A stretch of 64,000 bases of DNA, from the IMG/VR virus record IMGVR_UViG_3300045284_000065, positions 27,555 through 91,554 of that record; one strand, written 5' to 3'. The notes beneath the pieces were generated by a model that was not told where the DNA came from, made no database searches, and saw nothing but the letters and a program-made list of their open reading frames with translations. Made by a program: the position numbers and the translations under genes. Numbering within the stretch: position 1 is the first letter of the stretch; every line of letters begins with the position of its first letter. Below are positions 1-8,685 of this stretch, piece after piece. The DNA comes from a virus.

Positions 1-3000
1 AGTGGTGCCGAAGAGGCCAGACGTTCCCTTGGACCTGATGCCGAAGGTGACCGGCGTGTTCTCGGTGACCGCCGCCGCTGTGTATGTCACCCCGGCCTGG
101 GTCGTCTTCAGGACACCGTTGACATACACCTCGTACTGGTAGCCGCTGCCACCAGTAGCCGCCGTCCATGCCACATGGGCATCCGTTGACGACGACGACG
201 CTGCGTTCACCCCGGTGACATCGGCGGGCTTGGTCACGATGCTCACAATGGCTGAGTACGGTCCACTACCCGCTGGTGTGCCACTAGCCGATCCGTTGAC
301 GCCCTTGATGCGGTACCAGTAGGTCGTGTTGGCAGTGAGGCCTGAGTCGGTGTACGTGGTGAGGCCAACAGTGGTGGTCAGAATGGTCGGCCAGGTCGTC
401 CCGTTGGTCGAGCGCTCCAAGGAGATACCGGTCAGCGCTTCTGCTGCTGTCCACGCAGGCCAGGTGAGCACCACGGCGTAGCCGGTGGAAGCGTTGGCTG
501 CGGTCAGCACCTTCGCCGTCGGTGGCTGCAAGAGGATCTGGGTAGTCTCGAACCAGAGGTCACCAACAGCGACGCCGTTCGCCACCGTGGGCTGCTGGTC
601 ACCGATCCAGATATCAGCAGAGACGGCACCGTCAGTGGCGTGTACCTCCAGGATCTCGGGGTGGCTGTGCCCAAGGGCTGCGTAGGCAATGTCACCCTCG
701 GTCGGGGTGAGATACTGGGGGTGCGGGTCTGGCTGGGCAACGTGGAGGGCGACCGCCCCGAGCTTCTCGTAGAGGAGATCGTGGTTGTGGACGATGGGGG
801 CGTAGAGATCATCCGCTTCGTCCTCGGTGAGGTAGAGGCCTGCTGCTTCATCTGCGTCGAGGTACTGGGAGTGAGGATCGTTGTAGACCTGCCCCGCCGC
901 TGCCAGGGTGACCGGCACGGTGTATCCGGGCGGTGCCGTCGTGCCATAGGTGATGCTGATCAGCGTGGGGTCTGTCTCGGTGTCGAGCACCGGCCACTTC
1001 TTGTTGAGGGCAGGGTCAACGTTGGTCAGGTTGATGTAGCTGTTCGGCAGGATGCTGTGCCGTGGGTCCACCGTCAGGGTGAGCACACCGTTCGGGTTCC
1101 ACGACCAGCCGCTCACCGCCCAAGAGTCCTGGATCTGGTGGTTGATGACCTGCTGACGGATCTCGGCCTGGTGGTTGTGGACGAGGGGTGCGTACTTCAC
1201 CACCTCACCGCTGTCGTCGTACTCCTCCAGGAAGTACTGCGGGTGCGGATCAGCAGCGGCGAGGTGATCCAGCATCACGTTCTTGACGTACGTCTCGGAC
1301 GAGAAGGGGATGTACTGGAAGACCATGTCGGCCAACGTCAGGTCAGTGCCCGCATCGTGGGCCGGGTTCGTCGGGTTGAAGAGGGGGTCGATGGCGATGA
1401 TCCAGTCGCCGTTCGCAAGCTCTGCCTGCTTGTCGGTGCCCACGTCGTAACGACCTGACGCATCGCTGTCGATGAAGTCGAGGACACCGCCCGAACTGCA
1501 CACCCAGTACATGCCGTGGCGATAGACGGTGGGGCCAAGCTCCCAGGAGGGGGCGGGCTTGGCGTGCGTGGTCCGGTATGCCTCGGCGTCGTACGTACCG
1601 ACGTAGAGGAGGTCACCGAGCAGTGCCTCCAACCCCGCCTGAGTGGCGAAGAAGGTGGCGTGGTAGGTGTCGAGCATGTCGGCGTTGATGCCGCTGCTAT
1701 CGACGGTATGACCCTGGTTGCCCTGGTGCCAGACCTTGCTCGTCTTGTACTTCAGGTTGGTGGCGTCAAGCGACATCAGGGCCGTGCCACCAGCACCGGC
1801 AAGCCCAGCGACGTTGTCGTGAGCACCACCCTGGTACCAGTAGAAGGCGGTGTTGGCGCGGGAGTACAGCGTGTCCTGTCCTGCACCGCCTGTGCCCTGA
1901 ATGCCGAAGCCATGCGTGGTGCTGGCGAGGAGCAGGTGCTGACCCTGGCGAGAGCCGAAGGTGAGTTGGGCACCCGTCCCGGTGATGTTCAGGCTGCCCG
2001 GAGTGATCGTGCCGCCCGTCAGTTGGAGGTACCCGGCGACGACTGCCGCTGGCGTGACGGCCACGGTGGCGAGCGGTGAGGCAGCGATGGCCTCGGCCAA
2101 GGTCGACAGGCGAGCGACACCGACGACTGCAGTCGTGGCTGCGGCCACGGTCAGTGATCGGTTGGCCGTCAGGTCACCACCTCCTGCGAGTGGTGCCGTC
2201 GTGCTGATGGTGATCGTCTTGTCGGCCTTGCCGTTGGTCAGGGTGCTGAGATCAGTGACGAGGTTGGTGACATCGGCCTCGACGATGTTGGCGAAGGAAC
2301 CGGGGACGCTGGACCCTGCCGACTTGAGGAACTGACCAGTAGTGCCTGGGCTGATCGTCACCTCGGCCGCTGTGACCGTGGCACCGGCAGCGATGATCCC
2401 GTTGGCAATGCTGGTGGTGCTCCGCCCGGTGCCACCGTCAGCCACCGCCACATCCACGCCGCCCGTGGTGTAGAAGTCCGAGTCGGAGTTGGCAATGTTG
2501 AACTGGCTCGCCGTCCCGACGAGGGTGTTACTCGTCAGGTTGATCGTCTTACCGGTGAGCGTCTCGGTACCGGCGAGGGTGGCGAAATCATTATCGGTGA
2601 GGGCGGTGTTGAACTGACTGGTAGTACCAGTCAGCGTGTTGGTGGCGAGGCTGATCGACTTGGCGGTCAGCGTCTCGGTGCCAGCCAAGGTGGCGAAGTC
2701 GTTGTCACTGAGCGCCGTGTTGAACTGAGCGGTGGTGCCCGACAGCGTGTTCGACAGCAGGTTGAGCGTCTTGTTGGTCAGGGTCTGGATGCCAGCCAAC
2801 GTGACGAGCAGCGAGGTGTCAGCGATGCCGTGGACCGTCGTCGTAGCCCCGGTGTGGGCGGTGAAGGAAGCAACCGAGGTGAGGTCGGCGTCAGTCACCG
2901 CCGTGTTGAACTGAGCGAGCGTGCCGCTGACGGTGTTGCTGCCAAGAGCGATCGTCTTGTTGGTCAGCGTCTCGATGCCCGCCAACGTGGCGAAGTCATC

Positions 3001-4503
3001 ACCAACGAGCGCCGTGTTGAACTGCCCCGTCGTCCCAGTGAGGGTGTTGCTCGTCAGATCGATGGTCTTGTTGGTCAGCGTCGCCACCGCTGAGTTCTTG
3101 GCAGCGTCAGATGTGTTGTCGACATTGCCCAGGCCTACGTCACCCTTGACGAGGGCGAGCATGGTCTTCACCGTGGCCGGGGCGAGGTCCTCGGGGTCAC
3201 CGGTACCAGCTGTGTTACGACCCCGGATCGTCTGCGTCGCCATGTCAGCGAGCTTGGCGAGGGTGACCGAGTTGTCCACGATGTCAGCGGTGGTGACCGA
3301 GGACTTGGTGGCGAGCGCACCGAGACCGCTGACATCGAGGTTGGTGATCCCGGCGAAGGCAGCGAGTGCAGCAGCACCACCCGACTTCAGAAACTGACCC
3401 GTAGTCCCTGGCCCGATCGTCTGCTGCGCGCCAGTTGCCGTGGTGCCCGCGGCGATAAGGCCATATGCCGTGGTGCTGGTGGCCCGACCGGTACCACCCT
3501 GAACCACGGTGACCGGGATGCTCAGGCCGAGGGCGGTGAGCAGGTTGGCGACGGTCACGTCGGTCGGTGCTGCCACACCGGCCGTGTTGTTCATCTTCAC
3601 GGTGTTGGCTGGCATCGTCGCCAGGTCGGCGTTGGCGATGGTGCCGTCCGTGATGTCGGCCGAGACGATGGTGCTCTTGAGAGCCAGCGATCCGAGGCCT
3701 GCCACCTTGGCGTTGGGCAGCAGGCTGGCCCCCGTGTACTCACCGAGGTCGAGCACCGCCGTGGCCTCGACACCGACAGCGGTCACGTCGATCCCGTTGC
3801 CGAACACCAGCGAGGTGAAGGCCGTGCCGAGGGAGGTGGTGTCCTCCTTGACGGTGATGCCAGAGATGCCACCACCGGCACCAGGTGGCGAGGCCCAGTT
3901 GCCATCGGCCCGCAGGAAGTTGGAGGCACCACCACCCGAGGCGGGCACCACACCCGACGAGGCTGCGCCGAACGTGCTGACGGCGATGGTCCGGTTCGCT
4001 GAGATGTCACCGCCACCAGTGAGTGGTGCAGTGACGCTGATCGCCGTCGTCTTGTCGGCCTTGGCGTTGAGCGCTGTGCTCGTAGCCCCGGAGATGGGCT
4101 TGCTGGCGTCGGCGGTGTTGTCGACGTTGCCGAGGCCGAGGGTGGTCCTCATCTCAGACGTGGTGGCATCGTCCAGCACCGTCTTGGCCACGGGCGTGAC
4201 CACGGTGGGATCGAGGAGCCATGACGTGCCGGTCCCCGACACGATGATGTCGCCCTTGTCGCCGTCCGTTACCCCAGTGCCGCCGTTCGTCCCGCCACCA
4301 CCGCTCTCGCCGTGCCACACGGGGAACGCTGGGTCACCAGCGCGGAAGGTGACCCACCCCATGCCGACGCTGGTCGGCATGCCACCGACGAAGTCGGTGA
4401 CGGTGACCGTGGCCTCGCCATAGACCTGAGGGATCTGAGCGGTCAGCGAGACCGTGTCGAGCTTGACCGCCTTCGCACGGTAGAGACCTGGGAAGGTCGC
4501 CAT
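1..4503 (-). CDS. Baseplate spike (gp5/gpV-like OB-fold) fused to a long tail fibre with FN3 domains; C-terminus truncated by the window edge (at least 1501 aa)
   Basis: ATG at 4503. Segments translated by hand are open and the track reports no closed ORF in this frame, so it appears open to position 1. N-terminus MATFPGLYRAKAVKLDTVSLTAQIPQVYG...GMGWVTFRAGDPAFPVWHG matches the spike OB-fold pattern. Fibre motifs LGLGNVDNT(A/S)DA, KVWHQGNQG...INADMLD and DPHPQY/HxH follow, then FN3-like LTANTTYWYRIKGVN. Confidence 0.85.
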   Translation of the reverse strand, partial: MATFPGLYRAKAVKLDTVSLTAQIPQVYGEATVTVTDFVGGMPTSVGMGWVTFRAGDPAFPVWHGESGGGGTNGGTGVTDGDKGDIIVSGTGTSWLLDPTVVTPVAKTVLDDATTSEMRTTLGLGNVDNTADASKPISGATSTALNAKADKTTAISVTAPLTGGGDISANRTIAVSTFGAASSGVVPASGGGASNFLRADGNWASPPGAGGGISGITVKEDTTSLGTAFTSLVFGNGIDVTAVGVEATAVLDLGEYTGASLLPNAKVAGLGSLALKSTIVSADITDGTIANADLATMPANTVKMNNTAGVAAPTDVTVANLLTALGLSIPVTVVQGGTGRATSTTAYGLIAAGTTATGAQQTIGPGTTGQFLKSGGAAALAAFAGITNLDVSGLGALATKSSVTTADIVDNSVTLAKLADMATQTIRGRNTAGTGDPEDLAPATVKTMLALVKGDVGLGNVDNTSDAAKNSAVATLTNKTIDLTSNTLTGTTGQFNTALVGDDFATLAGIETLTNKTIALGSNTVSGTLAQFNTAVTDADLTSVASFTAHTGATTTVHGIADTSLLVTLAGIQTLTNKTLNLLSNTLSGTTAQFNTALSDNDFATLAGTETLTAKSISLATNTLTGTTSQFNTALTDNDFATLAGTETLTGKTINLTSNTLVGTASQFNIANSDSDFYTTGGVDVAVADGGTGRSTTSIANGIIAAGATVTAAEVTISPGTTGQFLKSAGSSVPGSFANIVEADVTNLVTDLSTLTNGKADKTITISTTAPLAGGGDLTANRSLTVAAATTAVVGVARLSTLAEAIAASPLATVAVTPAAVVAGYLQLTGGTITPGSLNITGTGAQLTFGSRQGQHLLLASTTHGFGIQGTGGAGQDTLYSRANTAFYWYQGGAHDNVAGLAGAGGTALMSLDATNLKYKTSKVWHQGNQGHTVDSSGINADMLDTYHATFFATQAGLEALLGDLLYVGTYDAEAYRTTHAKPAPSWELGPTVYRHGMYWVCSSGGVLDFIDSDASGRYDVGTDKQAELANGDWIIAIDPLFNPTNPAHDAGTDLTLADMVFQYIPFSSETYVKNVMLDHLAAADPHPQYFLEEYDDSGEVVKYAPLVHNHQAEIRQQVINHQIQDSWAVSGWSWNPNGVLTLTVDPRHSILPNSYINLTNVDPALNKKWPVLDTETDPTLISITYGTTAPPGYTVPVTLAAAGQVYNDPHSQYLDADEAAGLYLTEDEADDLYAPIVHNHDLLYEKLGAVALHVAQPDPHPQYLTPTEGDIAYAALGHSHPEILEVHATDGAVSADIWIGDQQPTVANGVAVGDLWFETTQILLQPPTAKVLTAANASTGYAVVLTWPAWTAAEALTGISLERSTNGTTWPTILTTTVGLTTYTDSGLTANTTYWYRIKGVNGSASGTPAGSGPYSAIVSIVTKPADVTGVNAASSSSTDAHVAWTAATGGSGYQYEVYVNGVLKTTQAGVTYTAAAVTENTPVTFGIRSKGTSGLFGTT
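2480..3090 (-). repeat. Five 37-aa (111-nt) fibre repeats, consensus TLAGxETLTNKTIxLxSNTLxGTxxQFNTALxDxDF
   Basis: The anchor 'aactg' (QF) recurs at 2501, 2612, 2723, 2909 and 3020: 111-nt spacing with one 186-nt gap. Confidence 0.9.
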
Positions 4504-4504
4504 G

Positions 4505-4912
4505 TCACCGCATGAAGAGGCGGAACGTCTGCGCCGAGATCTCCCCGCCGTCGTCACCGGGCACGTTGTCGAACCCAATGGCGCAGCCGAGGTCGACACC
4601 ACGCACTGCGACGTAGCCCCTGGCGATAGCGATGGCCTTGCACGACTGAGCCACGGCACCAGCACCGATGGCCCGGATGGTGGGCATCTTGAGGTCGTTG
4701 AAGATGTAGCCCTGGATGGCGAAGGCGAGCGACTGCGGTGTGGTCGTGCCCTTGACCATGATCAGACCCTCAGTCTCCTCGTCAGGGTCGAGGCGCGAGA
4801 ACATCACGCGCTCGGCTGGGCCTGTCTCGGAGTGGGGTCGACGGCGACGGTGATTCGGGGGGGCCACTGCTGGCGTGACCAGGTTCCAGCGATCCAGGAC
4901 TGGATCATCCAC
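4505..4912 (-). CDS. spoVS: SpoVS (stage V sporulation protein S / Alba-like) family protein
   Basis: IMVKGTTTPQSLAFAI...IRAIGAGAVAQSCKAIAIARGYVAVRGVDLGCAIGF matches the SpoVS signature AIGAGAxNQAxKAxAIARGxVAPxGxDL. A GAGGAG RBS lies before the GTG. Confidence 0.88.
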   Translation of the reverse strand: MDDPVLDRWNLVTPAVAPPNHRRRRPHSETGPAERVMFSRLDPDEETEGLIMVKGTTTPQSLAFAIQGYIFNDLKMPTIRAIGAGAVAQSCKAIAIARGYVAVRGVDLGCAIGFDNVPGDDGGEISAQTFRLFMR

Positions 4913-4953
4913 GGCAAGTGCTCCTCAGGTCGTTGACCTGGGATCAGACCGTA

Positions 4954-5475
4954 TCAGTCGGCCCCGATCAGGGTGGGCTTCTTCGTGCGCGGCACACGGT
5001 TCTCGCTGATCCAGTAGGCCGTCATCAGGCAGGCCTCGGCGCGGCCATCATGCTTGACCATCTTGAAGCTCTCGGACCACTCGGGCCAGCGCTCGGTCGC
5101 ACGCTGACGCGAGAGGGCCTTGTCCTGGTTCAGGTGCATCTTGGTCTTCCAATGCCCCGCTGGCATGTGGACGATCGGGATGTCGAGAGCAGCGAGGACA
5201 CCGAGGATCTTGCCGTAGCCGACGCCGTAGGTGAACACCCCGGCCACGCCCTGCTTGGGCATCGAGTGGGCCTGCTCGACCACCGCTGTGTGGACCGGTC
5301 CATATCCCTGTATCAAGCGGGTGAGCATGTGAGCGTTCACCTCCTTGCCGATGCAGGGCATGTCCTCCAGGTCAGAGATGCTGGCGTCCTGTAACCGGAG
5401 GAACGCCAGCGCCCCCTTCTGACCGGGGTCGATGCCCAGGATGATGACGGCGTTGCGACCCACGCTGGGACTCAT
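4954..5475 (-). CDS. RuvC-like Holliday junction resolvase
   Basis: ILGIDPGQKGA, VVEQ, GVFTYGVGYG and HDGRAEA motifs; ATGA overlap with the upstream gene. Confidence 0.85.
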   Translation of the reverse strand: MSPSVGRNAVIILGIDPGQKGALAFLRLQDASISDLEDMPCIGKEVNAHMLTRLIQGYGPVHTAVVEQAHSMPKQGVAGVFTYGVGYGKILGVLAALDIPIVHMPAGHWKTKMHLNQDKALSRQRATERWPEWSESFKMVKHDGRAEACLMTAYWISENRVPRTKKPTLIGAD

Positions 5476-5963
5476 GGAGACCAACGCATGTTCCTTCGCT
5501 CCACCGGGTCACGTCCGAGACGACGGCTCAACTCACGCGAGATCAGCTGGGCGCAGCGCTCGCAGTTGCCATAGACCACAGCCGTCAGCTTGCGCTTGGC
5601 GTAGGCGACGAGCAAGTCCTGCTTGGCCCGGTCGACCTGGGGATCCATCGCCTGCTGTGCGCGCGAGAGGGTCACCTTGTCCTTGGCCGCACCCCAGTTG
5701 AGCACCATGTGCTCGGCCTCCAGCCGCTTGACGTTGGCCTCGGCCTTCTCCTCTTCGACCTCGGCCTCTGCGAACTGGTAGGCGGCGTAGTTCTGCCACT
5801 GCACGAACTGGCTGAACAGCGCCATCATCGTGGTGTCATCGACACCGGTCAGGTCCCCGGGGATCTCCGGGATATCAAACTGCGGGCGTCCGAAGAGAGG
5901 CTCGACGTTTGCCAGGCTTGGCCCGCTGGACCCGGGGGGTGGGGGTGGGCGCTTCGATCTCAT
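5472..5963 (-). CDS. Helical hypothetical protein, possibly a UvsY-like recombination mediator
   Basis: Strong GGAGGAG RBS before the ATG at 5963; coiled-coil composition; located in the recombination cluster. The function is inference only. Confidence 0.5.
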   Translation of the reverse strand: MRSKRPPPPPGSSGPSLANVEPLFGRPQFDIPEIPGDLTGVDDTTMMALFSQFVQWQNYAAYQFAEAEVEEEKAEANVKRLEAEHMVLNWGAAKDKVTLSRAQQAMDPQVDRAKQDLLVAYAKRKLTAVVYGNCERCAQLISRELSRRLGRDPVERRNMRWSP

Positions 5964-6870
5964 GGTTCTCCTCCAGGTCCCAACAGGTGCTCCGGTAGAC
6001 GCATGAGGCACAGACCTTGTCGCCGGGACGGGTAGCCCATATCGGCCTATCCGGTGCGATCCCTGCTCGTACCCCTTGAGCTACATCCTTCGCCATCTCC
6101 AGTACAGGAGCGATGAATGACTTATTGTAGCTCACCACGAACTCCTTGGTCGCCTGGGTGAACTTGCTCTCGTACACGAAGATGATCTGCTCGTACGCAG
6201 GCCAGGCCATCCACAGGTACAGCTGACCCTGACGCATGTGGGAGCCGAAGGGATGTGATATCGAGAACCAGATGTCCTCGGCCGACTTGCCGTCGAGGTA
6301 CTGCTGGTAGAGGCGGGGTGCCTCGAAGCGCAGGGTGCCCAGGCCGATGGACTTGATCTCCACCAGCGCCCGCTCGGGGAGGTGGACGGCGGCGTCAGCG
6401 TGGCCCTCCACCATGAAGTTGTTGTGTCGGAGGGGGTACTCCTTGTACTCCAGCCGCTCGCTCTGACAGAACTGGCAGGCCTGAGGAGACATGTCGTACC
6501 ACTGGTGGCCGCACTCCCTGCAGTGCCACATGCCGACGAGGATGCCCATCTCCCAGAACCAGGTCTGCCACTTGGCGTGGATGGCGTGGCCCTCGGAGAA
6601 GACGTTGCTCATCCTGAAGCTGGGGTTGGCCTTGGACACCCGGCCGATCGGTGCCCCGGTGATGGAGTAGTAGTCGTGCCGCCCGCACCAGTCGGTCTTC
6701 GCCATGTCGGAGGGGTGCATGTGCTTGGCCGAGTGGTCGTCGGGACGCCCACCCGTCGCCGTCTTCATGACGTGGCGCTCCACCTGGGGCAGCAGCAGGC
6801 CACTGGTGGACTTGAACGTGCCCTTCAGTCGCTGGAGTGCGGAGTCACGGAGAGGGCGGGGCAAAGTCAC
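5875..6870 (-). CDS. Cas4-like PD-(D/E)XK exonuclease with an inserted Zn ribbon
   Basis: HPSD..WCGR, EGHAIH, GHAD, EIKS, QGQLY and C-terminal CxxCxxxxxC, plus an extra CRECG..CQFC. Confidence 0.82.
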   Translation of the reverse strand: MTLPRPLRDSALQRLKGTFKSTSGLLLPQVERHVMKTATGGRPDDHSAKHMHPSDMAKTDWCGRHDYYSITGAPIGRVSKANPSFRMSNVFSEGHAIHAKWQTWFWEMGILVGMWHCRECGHQWYDMSPQACQFCQSERLEYKEYPLRHNNFMVEGHADAAVHLPERALVEIKSIGLGTLRFEAPRLYQQYLDGKSAEDIWFSISHPFGSHMRQGQLYLWMAWPAYEQIIFVYESKFTQATKEFVVSYNKSFIAPVLEMAKDVAQGVRAGIAPDRPIWATRPGDKVCASCVYRSTCWDLEENHEIEAPTPTPRVQRAKPGKRRASLRTPAV

Positions 6871-7138
6871 CCTCCTCGATCAGGACCAGGCGGCGCTTGT
6901 TCTTGCCCAGGGTGATGTGCAGTGCTGGGATCCGACCGTCCATCAGGGCGTGCTTGCGGAGGTCTTCCCACACGTCCTCCTTGATCGTGAACTGTCGGTT
7001 GCCGGTGGTCTTCTGCTCCCACAAGACGCCCGACTCGCGCACGTCGTTGCGCTTGGACCATCCGCTGCCGCTGCCTGGCTGACGGACACCGCCACGGCGC
7101 TTGGCCAGGCGGTGCTCCTCCTTCTCCCACTCCTTCAC
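6845..7138 (-). CDS. Hjc-type (PD-(D/E)XK) resolvase/endonuclease
   Basis: E.RLAK..GG.RQPGSGS.W..ND...EQKTT pattern typical of phage Hjc-like nucleases; GTG start overlaps the upstream stop. Confidence 0.72.
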   Translation of the reverse strand: MKEWEKEEHRLAKRRGGVRQPGSGSGWSKRNDVRESGVLWEQKTTGNRQFTIKEDVWEDLRKHALMDGRIPALHITLGKNKRRLVLIEEGDFAPPSP

Positions 7139-7371
7139 TCGTCTCCCGTGTCCACATCCAGCCAGACGATCTCTGTCTGCCCACCGTGACCGTGGACGTG
7201 TTCGATCGACTCCATGCCACGGTCGTAGTGGACGACAGACGAGGGCCACTGGCTGATCCAGTGGAGGGTGGCGACACCATCGGAGTACACGACCCCCTCG
7301 GCCACGATGCCGGTCCCCGAGACTCCGGTCGGGTCAACGTCACGACGGAGTACGAACCTACGGTGTGTCAT
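7135..7371 (-). CDS. Small conserved phage hypothetical protein
   Basis: FVLRRDVDPTGVSGTGIVAEGV..SDG...HGHGG motif, which I recognise from actinophage small proteins. Confidence 0.7.
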   Translation of the reverse strand: MTHRRFVLRRDVDPTGVSGTGIVAEGVVYSDGVATLHWISQWPSSVVHYDRGMESIEHVHGHGGQTEIVWLDVDTGDE

Positions 7372-7510
7372 CTTCGCTCCAGTAGCCGTCACCTGGATCG
7401 GTGCCGTCGATACCGTGGACAGGGCAGGTCAGGTCAGCGATGCGGTAGCCGCCTGTGTCACCGAACCACGGACAGGTGCATCCTTCGGGACGGGGGTCAT
7501 CATCCATCAT
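7358..7510 (-). CDS. 50-aa CxC...CPxHG metal-binding microprotein (not in ORF track)
   Basis: Translated by hand: MMDDDPRPEGCTCPWFGDTGGYRIADLTCPVHGIDGTDPGDGYWSEDDTP. ATGA overlap with the recA stop. Confidence 0.65.
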   Translation of the reverse strand: MMDDDPRPEGCTCPWFGDTGGYRIADLTCPVHGIDGTDPGDGYWSEDDTP

Positions 7511-8565
7511 GTCTTCCTCACCTTCTTGGTCTTGGTGGGCAGGGGTGGGGGTGGAGGTGGTGCTTCACCGAGCACCAGCTTGCGGACCTCGGCTTCGATC
7601 TGGACCTGGAGGTCGATGTCCTCGCGCATGGAGGCCAGCACTGGCTCCTTGCCGTTCCACTTCTGCCCGCCGTAGTGGTACCAGGCACCCTGCCGGGTGA
7701 TGATGTCGTAGGTCAGGGCGATGGCCCACAGCTGGGACACCACGTCGTAGTCACCCTTCTGGAAGGGTCCGTAGTTGGTGAAGTAGAAGGGCGTGACGCC
7801 CACCCGCATCGGCGGGGCCGTCTTGTTCTTCATCACCAGCGTCTTGATGACGAGGCCGACCTTGTTCTTCCCGGCGTCCAGCAGCCACTCGTCACGCACC
7901 ACCTCGACGCGGATGAAGTAGCTGAAGTTCTTGCCCTTGCCGCCCGGGGTGGTGCGAGGGTCGCCGTACATCACACCGATGCGGTCACGCCACTGGTTGA
8001 TGATGAGGCAGAGGCAGTCACGCTCATCCACGGTGCGGCGCTGGGCCTTGGGTGACTTCCGCATCAGCTTGTTGGTGAGACGGGCACCCAGGCCTGGCTG
8101 CCAGTCGGTCATCTCACCCTCGCCCTCACCGCTGGGGATGAGGGCCGGGTAGGAGTCCAGCACGATGGCGTCCACCGACTGGCTGTCGAGAGCGTCCAGC
8201 ATGATGGTGTAGGCCTCCTCCATCACGTTGGTCAGGGCCAGCACCACACGGGTGGTGTCGATGCCAAGCTCCTCGGCCCACTCCTTGTTGAAGTCCTCCG
8301 ATGCCACCCACAGCACCTGGTAGTCCGGGTTCGCCATCATGTTGGCGGCGATGGTCTTCAGTGCCATGACCGTCTTGCCGTGGGACTCCAGGCCGATGAT
8401 CTCGTTCCAAACGTTCAGCGGCCAGCCCCCACCGAGGGCCAGGTCGAACGAGAGCGAGCCAGTGGTGGCTCGGCGGAAGGTCGGGATCTCGCTGGCGTAC
8501 ACCAGCACCTCGGCCTTCATCTCCTTGTTGATCTGAGCGATCAGTGCGTCCACGGCGGTGGTCAT
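7507..8565 (-). CDS. recA: RecA/UvsX family recombinase
   Basis: TGSLSFDLALGGG, Walker A GLESHGKT, IVLDS, INQWRDRIGVMYGDPRTTPGGKG, KNKTAPP. Confidence 0.95.
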   Translation of the reverse strand: MTTAVDALIAQINKEMKAEVLVYASEIPTFRRATTGSLSFDLALGGGWPLNVWNEIIGLESHGKTVMALKTIAANMMANPDYQVLWVASEDFNKEWAEELGIDTTRVVLALTNVMEEAYTIMLDALDSQSVDAIVLDSYPALIPSGEGEGEMTDWQPGLGARLTNKLMRKSPKAQRRTVDERDCLCLIINQWRDRIGVMYGDPRTTPGGKGKNFSYFIRVEVVRDEWLLDAGKNKVGLVIKTLVMKNKTAPPMRVGVTPFYFTNYGPFQKGDYDVVSQLWAIALTYDIITRQGAWYHYGGQKWNGKEPVLASMREDIDLQVQIEAEVRKLVLGEAPPPPPPLPTKTKKVRKT

Positions 8566-8572
8566 GTGTCCC

Positions 8573-8630
8573 CCAACAGAAAGGACGGGTGAAGGAGGAG
8601 CTTCCGCCGCTGCTCTCCCTCACCCGTCTT
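8573..8630 (-). terminator. Hairpin plus U-rich tail in the recA leader (terminator or attenuator)
   Basis: GACGGGTGA...TCACCCGTC stem followed by CTTTCTGTT on the minus strand. Confidence 0.55.
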
Positions 8631-8638
8631 CGGTGCCA

Positions 8639-8667
8639 AAGTTATCGAGGCGTAGGCGGATACGCAA
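8639..8667 (-). promoter_or_regulatory. Sigma70/SigA-type promoter upstream of recA
   Basis: TTGCGT-17 nt-TAACTT on the minus strand. Confidence 0.55.
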
Positions 8668-8685
8668 CTCACGGAGTGTGTTATT

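Noticed and set aside
2480-3090. 111-nt repeats (and the 33-nt repeats at 27715-27880) as a CRISPR array
   Set aside because: They are in-frame, degenerate at third codon positions and lack unique spacers, so they are protein repeats.
5875-6870. Cas4-like gene as evidence of a CRISPR-Cas system
   Set aside because: No other cas genes and no repeat-spacer array; solo Cas4-like nucleases are common in phage recombination modules.
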